Assembly: GCA_963754315.1 (NCBI GenBank)
Contig: CAVWFS010000019.1
Coordinates: 544,001-608,000, forward strand
DNA length: 64,000 bases
Direction of reading: 5' to 3'
From: an uncultured Candidatus Rokubacteria bacterium
GTDB lineage: Bacteria; Methylomirabilota; Methylomirabilia; Rokubacteriales; CSP1-6
The position numbers were made by a program, and so were the translations under genes. Positions within the stretch are counted from its first letter, which is position 1. Every line of letters begins with the position of its first letter. The notes under the pieces are model-generated. The model ran no database searches. It had not been told where the DNA came from and saw only the letters and a program-made list of their open reading frames with translations. Below are positions 1 to 9,832 of this stretch, one piece after another.

Positions 1-1273
1 CCTCACCGCCACCTGTGTCTTCACCAACAGCACCTCCGTGGCGGCCTACCGCGGCGCCGGGCGGCCCGAAGCCGCCTACTACCTGGAGCGATTCGTCGAC
101 ATCATCGCCGCCGACCTCGGCCTGGCGCCTGAGGTCGTGCGCCGAAAGAACTTCATCCCGCCCTCCGCCTTTCCGTACGCGGCGCCTACCGGTCAGAACT
201 ACGACAGCGGGGAGTACGACGGCGCCCTCACCAAGGCGCTGGACGTGGCCAACGTGGCGGGCCTGCGTGCCGAGCAGAAGCAGCGGCTGGAGCGTGGCGA
301 TCGCAAGCTGCTTGGCATCGGCATGGCCTGTTACGTGGAGATGTGCGGCTTCGGGCCGTTCGAGAGCGCGGTGGTGCGGGTAGAGCCGGGGGGGACGGTG
401 ACGGCCTACACGGGGACCTCCGCCCACGGACAGGGGCACGAGACGACGTTTTCCCAGATCATCGCCGACCGCCTCGGCGTTGATTTCGACAAGATCGTGG
501 TGCGCCACGGCGACACCATGAACACGCCCATGGGCAACGGGACGGGCGGCAGCCGCAGCCTGGCGGTGGGGGGCTCCGCCATCCTGCGCGCGGCCAACAT
601 GGTGCAAGAGAAGGCCCGGCGCATTGCGGCCGTCATGCTGGAGGCGGCCCCCGAGGACATGGTCATGGACAATGGCCGCTACCACGTGCGCGGTGCGCCG
701 GGTAAGGCGGTCGCTCTCGCTGACATCGCCGCCAAGGCCTACGGCGAAGGCCTTCCCGAGAACATCGAGTCCGGGTTAGAGGCCACGGACTTCTTCCGGC
801 CGCCTCAGCTCGTGTATCCCTTCGGAGCCCACGTGGCGGTGGTGGAGGTGGACCGGGACACGGGCCAGGTGACCATGCGGAATTTCGTCTCCGTGGACGA
901 CTGCGGGGTCCGTATCAGTCCCATGCTCGTCCGCGGCCAGGTGCACGGAGGACTGGCTCAGGGCATCGCGCAAGCCCTCCTGGAGGAGGTCGCGTACACC
1001 AAGGATGGTCAGCTCGTCACCGGAACTCTGATGGACTACGCCGTGCCCCGCGCGGATGACCTGCCTTTGTTCGTCACCGATCAAACGGTGACGCCGACGC
1101 CGCACAATCCCATGGGGGCCAAGGGCATCGGCGAGGCCGCAACCATCGGGTCAACCCCGGCCACCGTCAACGCCGTGGTCGACGCGTTGCGGCCACTGGG
1201 TATCAAGCACCTCGACATGCCGCTCCGTGCGGAGCGGGTGTGGCGAGCTCTTTCCGGAGACGGCGCCAAGTGA
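1..1273 (+). CDS. Xanthine dehydrogenase/CoxL-family molybdopterin-binding large subunit (5' truncated by window)
   Basis: AYRGAGRPEA, GQGHET, GTGGSRS, QVHGGLAQG and GAKGIGE motifs; AYRGAGR is the form II/CoxL-like signature, not form I AYxCSFR. Confidence 0.9.
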   Translation, partial: LTATCVFTNSTSVAAYRGAGRPEAAYYLERFVDIIAADLGLAPEVVRRKNFIPPSAFPYAAPTGQNYDSGEYDGALTKALDVANVAGLRAEQKQRLERGDRKLLGIGMACYVEMCGFGPFESAVVRVEPGGTVTAYTGTSAHGQGHETTFSQIIADRLGVDFDKIVVRHGDTMNTPMGNGTGGSRSLAVGGSAILRAANMVQEKARRIAAVMLEAAPEDMVMDNGRYHVRGAPGKAVALADIAAKAYGEGLPENIESGLEATDFFRPPQLVYPFGAHVAVVEVDRDTGQVTMRNFVSVDDCGVRISPMLVRGQVHGGLAQGIAQALLEEVAYTKDGQLVTGTLMDYAVPRADDLPLFVTDQTVTPTPHNPMGAKGIGEAATIGSTPATVNAVVDALRPLGIKHLDMPLRAERVWRALSGDGAK

Positions 1274-1596
1274 AAGCTCGCGTTCTGCTCGTTGTACTGG
1301 TGGGGCTGGTGGGGGGATGGCTCCCGACTCCGGCGGGCGCTCAGCAGCGCATCGTCATCAACGGATCCATTCAGTGGATCGACGGTTCGAGGATGCAGGT
1401 GATGGCCGACAGCGGCTACAGCATCAACGTGAGCCTCGACCAGATTGCCCAGGACGAGTACAACACCATGCGAGGCGGGGACCGTATCCGGATCTACGGC
1501 GTCGTCCCCCCGGACCGCCGCCGGGTCATCGCCGAGCGTATCGAGCGAGGCCCTAACATCTACGACAACTACTCGGAGTTTCCCCAGTCGCCGTGA
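1270..1596 (+). CDS. Small exported hypothetical protein
   Basis: GTG overlaps upstream TGA; signal-peptide-like N-terminus ending AGA-QQ. Confidence 0.65.
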   Translation: MKARVLLVVLVGLVGGWLPTPAGAQQRIVINGSIQWIDGSRMQVMADSGYSINVSLDQIAQDEYNTMRGGDRIRIYGVVPPDRRRVIAERIERGPNIYDNYSEFPQSP

Positions 1597-1656
1597 CGAG
1601 CGCTGGGGAAGCGTCAAACGTTACCAGCTGACCCTCTCCGCAGGGTGGCAAGCTCC

Positions 1657-2853
1657 TCACGCGTGGCCCCAGAGCTGCCGGCTGGCCAGGCGGGCGCCCT
1701 CGGCTAGGGCGGCGAACTTCAGCCAGGCCACGCTCGGGTGCGTGTCGTTAAAGCGCACGGCCGAGGCGGCGAACCCGCAGTCGGCCCCGGCCATGACGTT
1801 CTCACGCCCGACGATTCTGGCAAAGCGGGTGATGCGCTCGGCGATCAGCTCCGGGTGCTCGACCAAGTTGGTGGTGTGGCTGATGACTCCCGGAATGAGG
1901 ATCGTTCCCTCAGGCGGCCGGACTCGCTCGAAGACATGATATTCGTGCTCGTGGCGGGGGTTGGCCGCCTCGAACGAGTAGGCGCCGGCGTTGATCCTGA
2001 ACATGATGTCGACGATGTCCTTCAATTCCATGTCGTGCACGCGCGGACCGACGTCGATGCTGTAGCACGTGTGAAAGCGCACGCTCTCGGGCGGAATCCC
2101 GCGCAATGACTCGTTGATCGCTTCCACGCGCCGCATCGCCCACGTTCGACAATCCGCCACGCTGAGGTCGGGATTCATCATGTAGTAGGTGATCAGGCGC
2201 GGGTCGTCGATCTGGAGGACGAAGCCCGCGTCGACGATCGCGCGGTACTCTTCCCGGAGCGCGTTGGCGAGGGCGTGCTCGTACTCCTCGTCGGTCCGGT
2301 AGAACTCGTTCGGGAGGGTGGCGAAGATGTAGGAGGGCGCGATGGCCGGCAGGAACACCTCCTCGTGGGGGAGACCCGTCAGCGCCACGTTCAGATTCTC
2401 GATATCCGCCTGGATCGCCGCCTGGCCCTTGTAGCGGACCGGCCCCGTGCAGACATCGACGCCATACCGGCGGTCGCCCCCGCGACCACCCGCCCATTCC
2501 GCGATCCGCTCGGACCAGGCGTAGTAATCGGGGAAGGCCCGATAGTCGCGGCTGGTGGCCCGCAGACTGCCCTCCTGCCCTTGCGGTGCCGGCTTGCGCT
2601 CGAAGCCGGTGAAGCGTTCGACGATGTACCCGAAGAAGCTCGCCTTGCCTTGCTCCCCATCGGTGACGACGTCGATGCCTGCCTCCGTCTGCTTACGGAC
2701 GCTTTCGGACACCGCCTCCCGGACCAGCCGAGCGTAGACCTCGCGGTCGTATGGTTGCCCCCGATCCTTCGATCGAAGGGCCGGAATGAGAGCGTCGGGC
2801 CGGGCGAGACTGCCGACGTGCGTCGTCAAGATCCGTTCTGTGCTTCGCTTCAT
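1657..2853 (-). CDS. Cobalamin-independent methionine synthase II family protein
   Basis: ILTTHVGSLARP, TDGEQGK, LQIDDP, HTC, GADCGF motifs. Confidence 0.9.
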   Translation of the reverse strand: MKRSTERILTTHVGSLARPDALIPALRSKDRGQPYDREVYARLVREAVSESVRKQTEAGIDVVTDGEQGKASFFGYIVERFTGFERKPAPQGQEGSLRATSRDYRAFPDYYAWSERIAEWAGGRGGDRRYGVDVCTGPVRYKGQAAIQADIENLNVALTGLPHEEVFLPAIAPSYIFATLPNEFYRTDEEYEHALANALREEYRAIVDAGFVLQIDDPRLITYYMMNPDLSVADCRTWAMRRVEAINESLRGIPPESVRFHTCYSIDVGPRVHDMELKDIVDIMFRINAGAYSFEAANPRHEHEYHVFERVRPPEGTILIPGVISHTTNLVEHPELIAERITRFARIVGRENVMAGADCGFAASAVRFNDTHPSVAWLKFAALAEGARLASRQLWGHA

Positions 2854-2884
2854 TGGCTCTCCTCGGTCGTTGCTGAGCGCTGGC

Positions 2885-3226
2885 CTACGTCTCGTCGGGT
2901 CGGCCCGGCTCGCCGCCTTCCTCGTGCGGGTGTGCGATGGACCGGCGCAGGATGGGGATGCGATGCAGCCAGCGTCGCATCGAGACGCGGGTGTCGTGCG
3001 CCAGTCGCCGCTCCAGCGTGTTGACCCAACCGCGGGCGCGTTCGCTGGCCATGGCGAGTAGGACAATGGCCGCCACATAGAATGGGATGCCCGTGACCAC
3101 CGGGATGAGCCATCCGAGCACACCCAACGCGAAGCACACCAGGGCCCCGAAGAAAAAGAGCAGGCGGAGCCACAGCGGGCGTGGATGGCGATGGACTGGG
3201 AGCAGGTCTGGCAAATCCGGTGGCAT
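2885..3226 (-). CDS. Small membrane protein (PGPGW/DUF454-like)
   Basis: Two hydrophobic segments LGVLGWLIPVVTGIPFYVAAIVLLA. Confidence 0.55.
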   Translation of the reverse strand: MPPDLPDLLPVHRHPRPLWLRLLFFFGALVCFALGVLGWLIPVVTGIPFYVAAIVLLAMASERARGWVNTLERRLAHDTRVSMRRWLHRIPILRRSIAHPHEEGGEPGRPDET

Positions 3227-3349
3227 GCCTCTGAGGGTACCGCGCATTTCCACGGTCGGCACTACCCTGGCGTACCGGGCTACCTGAGAAGGTCGAGGAC
3301 GCGCAACGCTGACGAGGGTACAGGCGACCGGCTCCGCCTCTTGCAACGG

Positions 3350-3640
3350 TTAGTCGTCCGTTTCATCTGCGGCGGCGTCCGTGGAGCGCCCGGCGCGCGT
3401 CTGACAGCGCGCTCGAGGCGCTCTGCCGCGAGGCCCCCGCCCTGGGCCATAGACTCCGGTCAGACGTCCTCCGGGCTTCCGAAAGCTCTCGACGAGACCG
3501 GTTGATACCGGATCGGAACCGGCATAGAACACGATCGGGACGCTCTTCGTGGCCCGCTTGGCCGCGAGAGTGGCCGAGGTGGTTATGGCAACGATCAGGT
3601 CAACCTTCTCCCCTTCGGGGCTCCTCGCCGCCTCCTCCAC
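3350..3640 (-). pseudogene. Internal fragment of an ABC substrate-binding protein gene
   Basis: EGEKVDLIVA...VPIVFYAGSDPV..GLVESFRKPGGRLTG closely resembles the paralog at 6118-7091; no N- or C-terminus. Confidence 0.75.
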
Positions 3641-3647
3641 CAGACAA

Positions 3648-4631
3648 TCACTCGATTACCTCATCGGCCCGATTCAGCAGAGATCGGGGGATCGTGAGGC
3701 CAATGGCCTTCGCGGTCTTCATGTTGATGATCAGCTCGAACTTTGTCGGCTGCTCGACGGGAAGGTCCCCAGCCTTCGCGCCTTTGAGAATCTTATCGAC
3801 ATAGCTGGCAACGCGGCGGTGGAGGTAGGCGAAGTCCACGCCGTACGATACCAAAGCCCCGGCCTCCACGAATTGCCGCAGATTGTGCATCGTTGGCAGA
3901 CGGTATTGGCGCACAAGCGTGGCGACTTGTTTCGGATCGATGAACCAGAGATCGTAGCGGAACAAGGCCCCGCCAATGCCGGCCTGCTTCATCTCCGCAA
4001 ACGCCGCGGCCAGTTGCTCGGATTTGCTGATCCGAGATTCTGTGAGCGCGAAGTGAAGCGCTCGGGTCGCGGCCTCGAGTCGTGTTGTCTCGTCGCTCAT
4101 CTGGGAATTCGCGTTGGCCAGCACGGCTACCCGTACCACTGACGGAAGGGCTTCGCGAAACAACTCAAGCTGCTTGGCTTCCAGGTCAGGTGCCAGCGTG
4201 GAGAGTCCGGTGATGTTTCCGCCTGGGCGGGCCAGGCTCACGACGAATCCGCTACGCACAGGGTCCGGGTCGGCAGCCATCACGATCGGGATCGTGGCGG
4301 TCGCCTCCCGCGCCGCGCGGATGGTCAGACCGCGCGCGACGATGACGCTCACCGGAATGCGAACCAGGTCGGCGGCCAGCGCGGGCAAGCGGGCGAGGTC
4401 CCCGTCTGCGTAACGATAGTCGATGACGATATTCGATCCGGGCGTCCAGCCCAGTTCGCGTAGCCCTGCTTCAAAGTGTTCCTGCTGGCGGAAGGCATCG
4501 GCCGGCGGCGCCTTGCCAGGGGAGAGAACACCGACGCGGGGCACGCCCCGCGGCTGCGCGTCGGTCACAACCGGCACGGCGAACAGGGCGAGCAGCAAGA
4601 TGCCCGTCAGCGTGGGCCGTGGCGTGTTCAT
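3648..4631 (-). CDS. ABC transporter substrate-binding protein (ABC_sub_bind-type), integron cassette gene
   Basis: Signal peptide; SLARPGGNITGLS; DLPVEQPTKFELIINMKTAKAIGLTIP. Confidence 0.9.
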   Translation of the reverse strand: MNTPRPTLTGILLLALFAVPVVTDAQPRGVPRVGVLSPGKAPPADAFRQQEHFEAGLRELGWTPGSNIVIDYRYADGDLARLPALAADLVRIPVSVIVARGLTIRAAREATATIPIVMAADPDPVRSGFVVSLARPGGNITGLSTLAPDLEAKQLELFREALPSVVRVAVLANANSQMSDETTRLEAATRALHFALTESRISKSEQLAAAFAEMKQAGIGGALFRYDLWFIDPKQVATLVRQYRLPTMHNLRQFVEAGALVSYGVDFAYLHRRVASYVDKILKGAKAGDLPVEQPTKFELIINMKTAKAIGLTIPRSLLNRADEVIE

Positions 4632-4722
4632 CTCACCTCCGAGTGGAGATCGAATCGTTCCGGATTGAGATCACTGCTGCCTGCCCCGCGTCATGTGATT
4701 GCTTACTACCGTACCTTAAGCC

Positions 4723-4793
4723 ACCGAACGACCGCGATAACCCGCGGCGGCGGAGCAACGCGAAGCCGGCGTCGGGTCATCGGGACGTTCGAC
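4723..4793 (-). mobile_element. attC site
   Basis: Minus strand GTCGAAC...imperfect hairpin...GTTCGGT, downstream of the cyclase stop. Confidence 0.8.
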
Positions 4794-4881
4794 GCTGGAA
4801 GACCATCGCTCTCGGTCGAGTCGAAGACGAGCAAGCCGTCTAGCACAGCTTCCAACCTCCACGATGTCAGGTCTCGACCGG

Positions 4882-5960
4882 TCACGCAAGGCGATAGATC
4901 TCGATCGGCTCGTCACGCCCCTTCACCTGCACCGGCCCAGCGCCTCGGCGCCGTGAGCGGCCTCGCCGACTTCGCGCAACACTTCGGCCGAGAGGAGGAG
5001 CTGCGAACCGTAGTCCTTGTTGAGCTGCTCGATCCGCGCGGCAAGGATCACCACGTTGCCGCTGATCGAATACTGCTGCGCCTGCGAGCCGATATTTCCG
5101 GAGACCGCCTCGCCCGCGTGCAGCCCAATGCCGATGCTGGTCGCCGGGATGCGCCCGGAGTCCGCGAGTGCCTTCACCGCCGCGAGAAGCTCGCGCGCCG
5201 CGCTCAAGGCGTTGCAGCAGTCGCGGCCGGTGGCGACCGGCGCGCCGAACGTCGCCATGAAGCCGTCGCCCAGAAACTGGTTGATCACGCCGTGGTTGCG
5301 GTCCACGATCTCGATCGCCGCGCCGAACACGGCATTCTGATACGCGACGAACTCCTCGGGCGTCTTCTTCTCCACCAGCCGCGTAGAGTCGCGTATGTCC
5401 ATGAATAGCACGCACACGAACGTCCGTTTGCTCGGGATCTCGGGGCCTTGCTTCAGCAATTCCTCCACGATCGCGGGCGACACCTGCTGTCCGAATGCGT
5501 TGACGATGCGCTGGCGCTCTTCCAGTGCCAGAAAGACGCTCATCACGCGGCGCTTGATCTGGTCGGCCACGAAGCCAGCGGCAAATCCGGCCAGCACGAG
5601 CGTCCCGCCCTTGGCCAGGTGGAACGGTGGCACCGAGAAGAGCGTACCGGCTGCCACCTCGCTGCCGCGGACGAGCATGAACGAGAGGGCCACACACTGC
5701 ACCGCCGCGACGCATCCAGTGAAGACCGAGAGCCTGAAATCGAGCCGCAGTGTGGAGAGAACGATGAACACCGGATAGAGATAGGCGGCCGCGCTCTCCA
5801 GGGGGTACACCGGGTCCACCTGGCGCGAACCGAGCAGAATGAGGATGCTCGGGACACTGGTCTCGACAAACGCGTTCCAGAATCGCAGCCGCCGCGGCAG
5901 GCTCTAGCGGCGCCGCGAGTAGCAGAATGGCGACTCCGAGGGTCACTCGAGTCGTCATCA
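4882..5960 (-). pseudogene. Class III adenylate/guanylate cyclase lacking its N-terminus, preceded out of frame by an SBP-like signal peptide stub; also frameshifted near the 3' end
   Basis: FMDIRDST, QFLGDGFMATFG, GIGLHAG, GNVVILAARIE motifs; in-frame TAG upstream near 5905; MMTTRVTLGVAILLLAAPLE in another frame. Confidence 0.75.
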
Positions 5961-5981
5961 TCGCGACACACGCGGCCGGTT

Positions 5982-6051
5982 TGCCAACGGCACGCTCAGC
6001 GGCCGGGAGCGAGCGCCGCGAGCCCCGGTCCGTTGCAGCGCACAGTTCGGC
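5982..6051 (-). mobile_element. attC site
   Basis: Minus strand GCCGAAC tgtgcgctgcaacggaccggggctcgcg...cccggccgctgagcgtgcc GTTGGCA. Confidence 0.85.
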
Positions 6052-6117
6052 GATCTCTGGCTCCTGCGACATCCGTCGTCTTTCGGTCTCGGGGCGATAA
6101 GCCCCAGCCTAAGACAC

Positions 6118-7091
6118 TCACTCAACAACCTCATCCGCCCTAGCCAGCACAGCTTGTGGGATCGTGAGGCCCAGGGCCTTGGCAGTTTTGAGGTTGATCA
6201 CGAAGTGGAAGCGGTCGAGCTGCTCGACTGGCAGCTCTCCGGGGTTGGCGCCCAGCAGAACGCGCTGGATGAGCTTGGCCGACAGTCGCCCGATGGTGTA
6301 AAAGTTCAGGCCATAGCTGGCCAGCGCCCCCCGGCGGCGGCCTCCTGGTCCTGGAACATGGTCGGAAGCTTCCTCGCCTTTGCGGCGTCGATGATCAGCT
6401 CCGCCTGGCTGAACACCATCGCGTCCCCGATATAGAAGAAAGCATCCGCCTCCCCGGGCCGGAGCGCCCGTAGACCGGTCCGCAGGTCTTCGACCGAGCC
6501 GACCGGCCGCTCGACGAGCTCTACCTTGAGCTGGCGGGCGGCATCGCGCGCGATCTGCAAAGACTGGGAGGGGTTGTCATGGCGGTAGAAAGTCACGACG
6601 CGACGAAGCCTCGGAAGCATCTCCTTCAGCAGCTGGAGACGCTTCGCGGTGAGGTCCCTGTATTGGCCGTGGATGCCCGTGAGTCGCCCTCCGGGTTTCC
6701 GCAAGCTCTCGACGAGGCCGAGGGCCACCGGATCGGTTCCCGCGTAGAACACGATCGGGACGCTTCTCGTAGCCCGCTGGGCCCTGAGAGTCACCGAGCT
6801 GGCCACTGCCCAGATGAGGTCGACCTTCTCCCCTTCGAGGCTTCGCGCCGCCCCCTCGACCAAGTTCAGATCGCCTTTGGTATCGCGGACGTGGAGGACG
6901 AACTGCTTGCCGTTCTCAAATCCCAGCTCCCTCAGCCCGTCCCGCAGCCCGTCGATGGCCGGCAAGTACGACCCTCCTTGGATAACGACTCCCACCTGAT
7001 AGACGCGAGTCTGTTGCGCCTCGACCGCGAGCGGCAGGGCGAAGAGGGCGAATATCAGGATGCGAGTCAGAATGGGCCGTGGCGCCGTCAT
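6118..7091 (-). CDS. ABC substrate-binding protein, integron cassette gene (one frameshift in a G-run near 6330)
   Basis: ORF 6306-7091 continues in another frame as ALASYGLNF...FVINLKTAKALGLTIPQAVLARADEVVE*. Confidence 0.85.
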
Positions 7092-7182
7092 CCCGACCCC
7101 CGGCCGCGGGTGAATGAGCTCCGGATCGAGGTCACAGCTTCCTGCCAGCGACTATGGCCAGGTCTCCTCACCAGCTTGAGTC

Positions 7183-7250
7183 GCCCAACGCCCCTCAGCC
7201 GCCGCGGCGAGCAAGACGAGCGGGCGGTCGGCTGCAGCCGGTAGTTCGAC
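7183..7250 (-). mobile_element. attC site
   Basis: Minus strand GTCGAAC taccggctgcagccgaccgcc...gcggcggctgaggggc GTTGGGC; its R'' is the exact complement of the upstream R' GTTCGAC (8282-8288). Confidence 0.88.
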
Positions 7251-7318
7251 AGGCTCATCGGCCGATCTCCGCGGGGCCTGGGCGCCAAGCACGATGCGCG
7301 AAGCCATGCGCGCGAATC

Positions 7319-8191
7319 TCAAGGGATCCAGGCGAAGGTATCGGGGTTCGGTCCGATCCGTCCGCTCTCACCCTTGTCGAGCGCATCGATCGATGCGACA
7401 TCCTGCTCGGACAGCTCGAAGTCGAACACGTTGAAGTTCCCCTCCATTCGCTCACGGTGCAGCGACTTCGGAATGATGATGTGGCCGCGCTCGATGTGCC
7501 AGCGGAGGATGACCTGCGCGACGGACCTCCCCCGGGCAGCGGCGATCCGACCGATCACCTGGTCATCGAGCACCCGTCCCTGCCCGAGCGGACTCCACGC
7601 CTCCACTGCAATGCCATGACGGGTTGACGCCGCCCGAGCGGCGCTGTTGGCGAAGTACGGGTGGCCCTCGATCTGGTTGACGGCCGGCACAACCCCGGTC
7701 TCCGCGATCACGCGGTCGAGATGGGCGGGCTGGAAGTTGGAGACTCCCGCGGTGCGCAATCGCCCCCCCGCGACCAGCTCACACATGGCCTCCCAGGTCG
7801 ACACGTAGTCACCGTCGTACAGGGTAGGAAGCGGCCAGTGCATCAGGAAGAGGTCCAGCTGCTCGAGGCCGAGCTTCTCAAGGGTCTCGTCGAAGGAACG
7901 TCGCACGTCGGCCGGGCGGTGATTGCCGTTGCCGAGCTTGCTCGTGACGTACAGCTCCTCGCGAGGGATGCCGGAAGCGGCGATCGCCTCGCCCACGCCG
8001 CGCTCGTTCCCGTACATCTGGGCGGTGTCGATGTGGCGGTACCCGACTTCGAGCGCGAGGCCGACGATCTGGGCGGTCTTCTCGGTGTTCGCCCTGGACG
8101 GTCGGCGGTCCGGCGGAACGCCAAGGGTACCGAAGCCGAGCTGGGGGATCGTGGTCTCGTTGCCCAGTGTGATTCGTGAACTCTTGCTCAT
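7319..8191 (-). CDS. Aldo/keto reductase (2,5-DKG reductase-like), cassette gene
   Basis: GYRHIDTAQMYGNE, DLFLMHWP, GVSNF, IIPKS motifs. Confidence 0.92.
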   Translation of the reverse strand: MSKSSRITLGNETTIPQLGFGTLGVPPDRRPSRANTEKTAQIVGLALEVGYRHIDTAQMYGNERGVGEAIAASGIPREELYVTSKLGNGNHRPADVRRSFDETLEKLGLEQLDLFLMHWPLPTLYDGDYVSTWEAMCELVAGGRLRTAGVSNFQPAHLDRVIAETGVVPAVNQIEGHPYFANSAARAASTRHGIAVEAWSPLGQGRVLDDQVIGRIAAARGRSVAQVILRWHIERGHIIIPKSLHRERMEGNFNVFDFELSEQDVASIDALDKGESGRIGPNPDTFAWIP

Positions 8192-8281
8192 GGTCCTGCT
8201 GTCCTTGCTGCGTCCTCTCGGAGTAAGGGCCTGGACCGAGCGTCAGGCGCGACCGAGATCAGATGGTGCCCAGGTTGCGCT

Positions 8282-8350
8282 GTCGAACGACACAGCTCAG
8301 CGGCCCCGTCCGGCTCTGCGGGCGGGGTCAGGTGCAGCGGATGGTTCGGC
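8282..8350 (-). mobile_element. attC site
   Basis: Minus strand GCCGAAC catccgctgcacctgaccccg...cggggccgctgagctgtgtc GTTCGAC. Confidence 0.82.
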
Positions 8351-8379
8351 AATGCTCCTGTCATCCACGCGAGCACGTC

Positions 8380-8880
8380 CTACGTGTCCCCCGCGTTCAA
8401 CTTCTCGACGAGCTGGGATAGGGCGATGCGAACCGACTCGGCGGTGTAGGGATCGTCTGAGTGGGGCGGGCGTCCCTCCTGCTCGAAGTGGGGCCGCTCC
8501 CCGAACGCCCGGCCCCACTCCACGTCGGCCTCACGAACGAGTTCCTTCAGAAGGTACTCGGAGCCGAGGACACTTCGGACGTGACCCGCCAGTACGACGA
8601 GCGGCAGATCTAGGTTGTCGAGCAGGAGTTCGCTCTCCCCCACCTGCCGGAGCAGAACGCCTGGCAACGCACCCGCAGTATCCGCCAGGTGCCGGCCCAA
8701 GTACTCCTGAAGCTCCGCCTCAGCCTGCTGCTTGCGTGTAACGGGAGACACCCCCTTCATCATGCCTCCGCCGGTCAACCGCCCAATGGCTTCGGACAGG
8801 GAGAACTTCCGCTCGGATCGGATTTCCCGCGCAAGGTCGGCGCCTACCTCGGAGGGACGATCGGCCGGATCGTTGCTCAT
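8380..8880 (-). CDS. Hypothetical protein, cassette gene
   Basis: ORF from MSNDPADRPSE with GGAGAGG RBS; ends 30 bp before an attC. Confidence 0.7.
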   Translation of the reverse strand: MSNDPADRPSEVGADLAREIRSERKFSLSEAIGRLTGGGMMKGVSPVTRKQQAEAELQEYLGRHLADTAGALPGVLLRQVGESELLLDNLDLPLVVLAGHVRSVLGSEYLLKELVREADVEWGRAFGERPHFEQEGRPPHSDDPYTAESVRIALSQLVEKLNAGDT

Positions 8881-8967
8881 GTGCCTCTCCCCCGACATCG
8901 CAACCGAGATCGCGAATCGGCTGCTCGACAGTCGTTGTTGTGCGTGCTCAGGCCATCGTTGTTGCGG

Positions 8968-9000
8968 GTCCAACGTGATGCTTGAAGGCCCACGGTTCAT
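8968..9000 (-). mobile_element. Partial attC (right half only)
   Basis: Minus strand ...ccttcaagcatcac GTTGGAC directly after the DUF2293 stop; no matching left arm. Confidence 0.4.
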
Positions 9001-9716
9001 GACGCCGTCCATCCCCACCGCTCGACGATCTCATCCACTGCCGCCCGCACCGAGGCACGGGCTTCACTGCGATCCATCCCCTTTGCGAGTAGCTCATCAT
9101 AGCGCGTGTACCGATGGCGAACATGTGCTCTGACCGCTAGTTCGATGGCATCTCGATCGAACTGGCGGGCGGCTGCTGAACGGCCAACGCGGCCCGAGTA
9201 CTTTCGGCAGGCGTGGTCGGCGATTGCCCGGCGCTCGACTGCAGGGCAGCCAGGAAACGAATCGCCCAATCGCTCGGCAAACTCACTGATGTACTGCTCG
9301 TCGATGTCCTCCCGACGCTCCGCTGCTCGCTCACGGGCTCGCTTGCGCACCTCCGCATCTGCCAAGCACTCTCGTTCCGCCTGCTCGAGGGCCGACTCCT
9401 CAACCAATACTCCCTGACGTTCGTATCGCTTTCGAGACCGACTGAACCTAACGACCACGGCACGGAGGGTTGAGTACTTGGTGGCTCGGCGGGTCAGAGC
9501 CGTATCACCGCGGACGAGGAAAACGAGACGGTCGAGGTCTGCGCAGGCAAGGCAGAGGGGCCGCTCCCCTTCCATTCGGAGAAGACGCCCCTTTGCCAGT
9601 TCACTGCCGCATTCCGCACATGCCGAATCACGGAGGATCCAGAACACGACAATGTCGCGGGGATCAGAACTGGCCCGACGGCCGTCCGCTCGACCTGAAG
9701 CTGGTGTGACCTTCAC
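8997..9716 (-). CDS. DUF2293 domain-containing protein, cassette gene
   Basis: N-terminal CAEC..CLAC; SGRVGRS and AVRAHVRHRYTRYDELL motifs. Confidence 0.8.
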   Translation of the reverse strand: MKVTPASGRADGRRASSDPRDIVVFWILRDSACAECGSELAKGRLLRMEGERPLCLACADLDRLVFLVRGDTALTRRATKYSTLRAVVVRFSRSRKRYERQGVLVEESALEQAERECLADAEVRKRARERAAERREDIDEQYISEFAERLGDSFPGCPAVERRAIADHACRKYSGRVGRSAAARQFDRDAIELAVRAHVRHRYTRYDELLAKGMDRSEARASVRAAVDEIVERWGWTAS

Positions 9717-9738
9717 GTCCGCTCCATCTGCGATTGCC

Positions 9739-9800
9739 TTCTAACGTGATGTATCAGCCGCGGTGCGCCCTGCGCCGTCGGCTGGATGCGTTTGTTCGGC
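9739..9800 (-). mobile_element. attC site
   Basis: Minus strand GCCGAAC aaacgcatccagccgacggcgcagggcgcaccgcggctgatacatcac GTTAGAA. Confidence 0.9.
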
Positions 9801-9832
9801 ATACCCGGAGACGGTGAGGAGGCGTTGGTCAT

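Noticed and set aside
1..1273. True aerobic CO dehydrogenase (form I coxL)
   Set aside because: The active-site loop is AYRGAGR, not AYxCSFR; the substrate is unknown.
3301..3355. Additional attC (GACTAAC...GTTGCGC on the minus strand)
   Set aside because: End boxes are present but the internal arms pair poorly; not supportable without a covariance model.
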